Shown piece by piece: positions 55,781 through 58,425 of a DNA stretch of 58,425 bases. Numbering within the stretch: position 1 is the stretch's first letter; each line of letters starts with the position of its first letter. Both the position numbers and the translations under genes were made by a program. The DNA lies in IMG/VR virus record IMGVR_UViG_3300030376_003371, positions 1 through 58,425 of that record. The stretch is one strand, 5' to 3'. This DNA is from a virus. Taxonomy: Duplodnaviria; Caudoviricetes. The notes below the pieces were generated by a model. The model ran no database searches and was not told the DNA's origin. It worked only from the letters and a program-made list of their open reading frames with translations.

Positions 55781-55987
55781 ATGAGGTTTCTGAAGTTCTT
55801 GTTAGTGTGGGTAAGTCAGAACCTAGCTATTCCTTTTTGGGTGGTGGGTCACATTCACCTATCAATTCACAGCTTTCACAGCGTAGTAGAATTATTTAGC
55901 TCCGTTGGAATGAACATCATAGTAGCTGTTGGATTTTTAATTGACTATAATAATGACAGAACAAAAGATACAAAAAAAAAGAATTAA
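55781..55987 (+). CDS. Small two-TM His-containing membrane protein
   Basis: Hydrophobic helices; TATCTTTG (55769-55776) lies 4 nt before the ATG. Confidence 0.7.
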   Translation: MRFLKFLLVWVSQNLAIPFWVVGHIHLSIHSFHSVVELFSSVGMNIIVAVGFLIDYNNDRTKDTKKKN

Positions 55988-56192
55988 ACAACTAGAAGCA
56001 GAAGGATACTATGTAATTAAACTAACTGTTACAAACAAGAATGGCATACCTGATTTGATTGCTATTCCAAAAGACTCAGACGTTTTATTTATAGAGTGTA
56101 AAACAAAAGAAGGTAAAGTATCAGCCTTGCAAGAGTACAGAATAAAAGAACTAAAAAAATATGCTAAGACAGAAATATATAGGGGAGATTAA
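55953..56192 (+). CDS. VRR-NUC nuclease
   Basis: MTEQKIQ...NGIPDLIA...FIECKT..GKVSALQ. Confidence 0.85.
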   Translation: MTEQKIQKKRIKQLEAEGYYVIKLTVTNKNGIPDLIAIPKDSDVLFIECKTKEGKVSALQEYRIKELKKYAKTEIYRGD

Positions 56193-56556
56193 ACACTACG
56201 AGGTAGATGAATATTTTGTAGATAAAATCAGAGAGCTACCTATAAAGATTGGTTTTGATATAGCAAAACAAATGGATGAGATGGCTTCCTATTTACCCAT
56301 TAAAGATTTTTGGGAACAAAAGATTGCCGGTGTATCTAATGCAACATCAGAGTCATACTTTTATGTGGTAGAATATATGCATCAAGAAGATGTTCCTCCA
56401 ATATTTTTAGACCTTCACGAAATAGATTCGGATGAATACTTAGACTACTATAATCAAAATAAAATAATTAAATTGAATGACGATGGTGACAAACTCACAG
56501 ATGAATTTTTTGGAGAAGATAGTGAACGCAGAGATGCAAGTAGATATACAATCTAA
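56161..56556 (+). CDS. Acidic hypothetical protein
   Basis: 131 aa, coupled. Confidence 0.65.
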   Translation: MLRQKYIGEIKHYEVDEYFVDKIRELPIKIGFDIAKQMDEMASYLPIKDFWEQKIAGVSNATSESYFYVVEYMHQEDVPPIFLDLHEIDSDEYLDYYNQNKIIKLNDDGDKLTDEFFGEDSERRDASRYTI

Positions 56557-56884
56557 AAGTAGAACCACTAAACACATAGACGCAAGACTTATATACTCAT
56601 ACATACTACACGAAAGAGGTGTTACTTATCAAAGAATTGCAGACCACTTTAATAAAAACCATGCCACGATTATAAATTCCGTAAAGAATGCGAAGAATTA
56701 TTTAAAGCATGAGCCGGACTTATATCGTAGATATAAAATGTGTAAGACTATATTTGAAAACAAGAGTCATCCCGTAATAGATTACACATATGAAGAGCTA
56801 TTAAAGTCTTACTTTGAGTTAGAAATAAAGTATAATGACCTTGAGGATGAGTTGTTTGAAATAAAAAATATGTTAAATGATTAG
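56477..56884 (+). CDS. Second DnaA domain IV-like HTH protein
   Basis: SKSRTTKHIDARLIY...TYQRIADHFNKNHATIINSVK. Confidence 0.75.
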   Translation: MTMVTNSQMNFLEKIVNAEMQVDIQSKSRTTKHIDARLIYSYILHERGVTYQRIADHFNKNHATIINSVKNAKNYLKHEPDLYRRYKMCKTIFENKSHPVIDYTYEELLKSYFELEIKYNDLEDELFEIKNMLND

Positions 56885-56918
56885 GAATTGTAGTTAAATT
56901 GTTGTTAATTTAGACAAA

Positions 56919-57104
56919 ATGATAACAGCATTAGAGCAAGAGAGACTTAACTACATCAATAGTTTGATGCAGAGACTCCACTCTCTTAATGTAATCATAT
57001 ACGAGTCCTTATGTGACAGGGAATATCAAAATACACAGGAGGCTATAGCTGAAATTCAAGAGGAGTTAAAGCAGTTAACCGACTCAATACAGGATGACCT
57101 CTAA
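56919..57104 (+). CDS. Small helical hypothetical protein
   Basis: 61 aa behind a promoter-like sequence. Confidence 0.7.
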   Translation: MITALEQERLNYINSLMQRLHSLNVIIYESLCDREYQNTQEAIAEIQEELKQLTDSIQDDL

Positions 57105-57483
57105 AAAATGCAGGAGTTGTAAAGAGATTAAACCTGAAACAGAATTTTATAGTGCAGGTAGAAGAACACTTGCCGGTAAGATAATCAAAGACACTCTTTG
57201 TAAGCCTTGCAAAATACTATACAAAAAGGAAAGGCATCGCAAGATAAAGAGTTTTATAGAAAGTTATAAAACAAAATGTGAAAAGTGTGGGTACTCACAA
57301 GAGACTCATGAAAGCTTTCAGATTAATGCTCTAGCTTTTCATCATGTAAGAGGAGAGAAGAGTTTTAATATAGCAGATGCTATAGGTAGAGGTTGTTCTA
57401 TGGAAAAAATACAAGAGGAAATTAATAAATGCGTAATTCTATGTACAAGATGTCACGCAGAAATACATGCAAATGAACGATAG
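57094..57483 (+). CDS. HNH endonuclease with zinc fingers
   Basis: CRSC...CKPC, CEKCG, ALAFHH...EINKCVILCTRCHAEIH. Confidence 0.85.
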   Translation: MTSKKCRSCKEIKPETEFYSAGRRTLAGKIIKDTLCKPCKILYKKERHRKIKSFIESYKTKCEKCGYSQETHESFQINALAFHHVRGEKSFNIADAIGRGCSMEKIQEEINKCVILCTRCHAEIHANER

Positions 57484-57574
57484 GAAACATGATGACAAAC
57501 TTCTTGCGATTGCATTCAGCTATACAGGAATACTAATCATCTTAATATATCTTATAATAATAAACAACCTATGA
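57473..57574 (+). CDS. Small membrane peptide (33 aa)
   Basis: MNDRKHDDKLLAIAFSYTGILIILIYLIIINNL; ATGA overlap downstream. Confidence 0.5.
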   Translation: MNDRKHDDKLLAIAFSYTGILIILIYLIIINNL

Positions 57575-57984
57575 GGTTTGAAAACGACTTAGATTTAAGC
57601 CGGGAAAAAAAAGCTATAAACTATTTTGTCAAAAGATTTCAAGGCTCTTTTAAAAAGTTAGGACCCAACGATATTGATTATAAAATATTTGATAAGGATG
57701 GAAACCTTATTGCTTATGCTGAAGTAAAGGGTAGATATAGAACTTTAGCTAACTGCTATCCTCTTCCGGTAGCGGCACGAAAAGTTGTTAAGCTATGCGA
57801 CAAAAGGCTAAACCCTGTAATGATATGGGCATGTGATGATGGTATTGTTTATGGTCAGCCATCACAGATTGAAGGTAGTGTAAAGTGGGGTGGTAGAAAA
57901 CCTCGTGAGGGAGCTGTTAATGACCAAGAACTTATGATATATTATGACAAACAAAAAACACTACGATACTTTAGATACTACTAA
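57571..57984 (+). CDS. PD-(D/E)xK nuclease-fold protein
   Basis: IDYKI...AYAEVKGR. Confidence 0.6.
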   Translation: MRFENDLDLSREKKAINYFVKRFQGSFKKLGPNDIDYKIFDKDGNLIAYAEVKGRYRTLANCYPLPVAARKVVKLCDKRLNPVMIWACDDGIVYGQPSQIEGSVKWGGRKPREGAVNDQELMIYYDKQKTLRYFRYY

Positions 57985-58136
57985 TTACCGTATCTTTTAG
58001 ATGGTCTTAATCCTCTAGGTTTCTTTATATCTTTTTTAAATCCATCAGTTGCGTAGTACAGCTTTACTTGTTTCTCCGTAAAGGTTCTTCCACTTGGACT
58101 TTGATATTTGTTATCTCCTATCTTTTTAAATGGCAT
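57981..58136 (-). CDS. Small basic protein (51 aa), last gene of the minus arm
   Basis: MPFKKIGDNKYQSPSGRTFTEKQVKLYYATDGF...; starts 2 nt after the giant gene's stop. Confidence 0.7.
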   Translation of the reverse strand: MPFKKIGDNKYQSPSGRTFTEKQVKLYYATDGFKKDIKKPRGLRPSKRYGN

Positions 58137-58138
58137 GA

Positions 58139-58425
58139 CTATCTTCTTTCTCTTCTTGGTCTACTATTAGAACCTGTTCTTCTACGTCTTGATTGATTGC
58201 TATTAGTTCTTGAGAACTCTAAATTTTTAGTTTGCTTTTTCTTTCTCTCCTGTTCTTTGTAGTACTCAGCATTTTGTTCAGCTACACTTTTTTTCTTTTT
58301 CTTTTTCTTTGTCTTAGGACCTTCTATAACATAGGGAGAAAAGTTAAGTATCCTTAATACATCTGCCGGAGTATCTCCTTCACCAAGCTTATCTATGTTT
58401 TTTATAAACCTATCAATCTGAATCG
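58139..58425 (-). CDS. 3' end of the giant ejection protein, continued from base 1; very basic C-terminal tail
   Basis: In frame across the overlap: ...NFSPYVIEGPKTKKKKKKK...SRRRRTGSNSRPRRERR, TAG at 58141-58139. Confidence 0.85.
   Translation of the reverse strand, partial: IQIDRFIKNIDKLGEGDTPADVLRILNFSPYVIEGPKTKKKKKKKSVAEQNAEYYKEQERKKKQTKNLEFSRTNSNQSRRRRTGSNSRPRRERR

Noticed and set aside
58326-58425. Biological direct terminal repeat
   Set aside because: It is ~100 nt, falls inside a coding sequence and has k-mer-overlap length, so it is most likely an assembly circularisation artefact
1-58425. Stop-codon reassignment as seen in some crAss-like phages
   Set aside because: Genes are intact and densely packed in the standard code; TAA, TAG and TGA are all used as real stops; no suppressor tRNA
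1-58425. Prophage or temperate lifestyle
   Set aside because: No integrase, repressor/antirepressor pair, partition genes or flanking host genes recognised

Overview
This window looks like one complete, circularly assembled phage genome of about 58.3 kb: bases 1-98 recur at 58326-58423. It is AT-rich dsDNA. The host is inferred to be Bacteroidota (Flavobacteriia-like), from many TAnnTTTG promoters and A-rich leaders without Shine-Dalgarno sites. The gene set recalls GroEL-encoding marine podoviruses of the Cellulophaga phi38:1 type, which is an inference and not a search result. The minus-strand arm runs from about 42.8 kb down through the origin. It carries groEL/groES, a cluster of small basic proteins, head-spike and fibre genes, lysis genes, terminase, portal, scaffold, major capsid, ring and nozzle proteins, and ejection proteins. 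One of these is a ~2600-aa zincin-containing protein that the ORF track missed because it wraps the contig end. The plus-strand arm (43.3-58.0 kb) carries early genes (ardC and many small ORFs) and recombination/replication genes (annealing protein, exonuclease, SSB, primase-helicase, SNF2 helicase, nucleases). I found no DNA polymerase, RNA polymerase or integrase. The most striking signal is non-coding. The first 2.5 kb of the early region is punctuated between genes by two type III hammerhead ribozymes and three tRNA-mimic elements, which suggests an RNA-encoded system that cuts up the early transcript. Other notable items are a 3 x 28-nt repeat array behind a fibre-like gene, two copies of an origin-like iteron/IHF element, a GTA-type head spike carrying DUF285 repeats, and paralogous virion proteins that share N-terminal docking peptides. 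All protein family calls come from motif recognition by eye, not from database searches.
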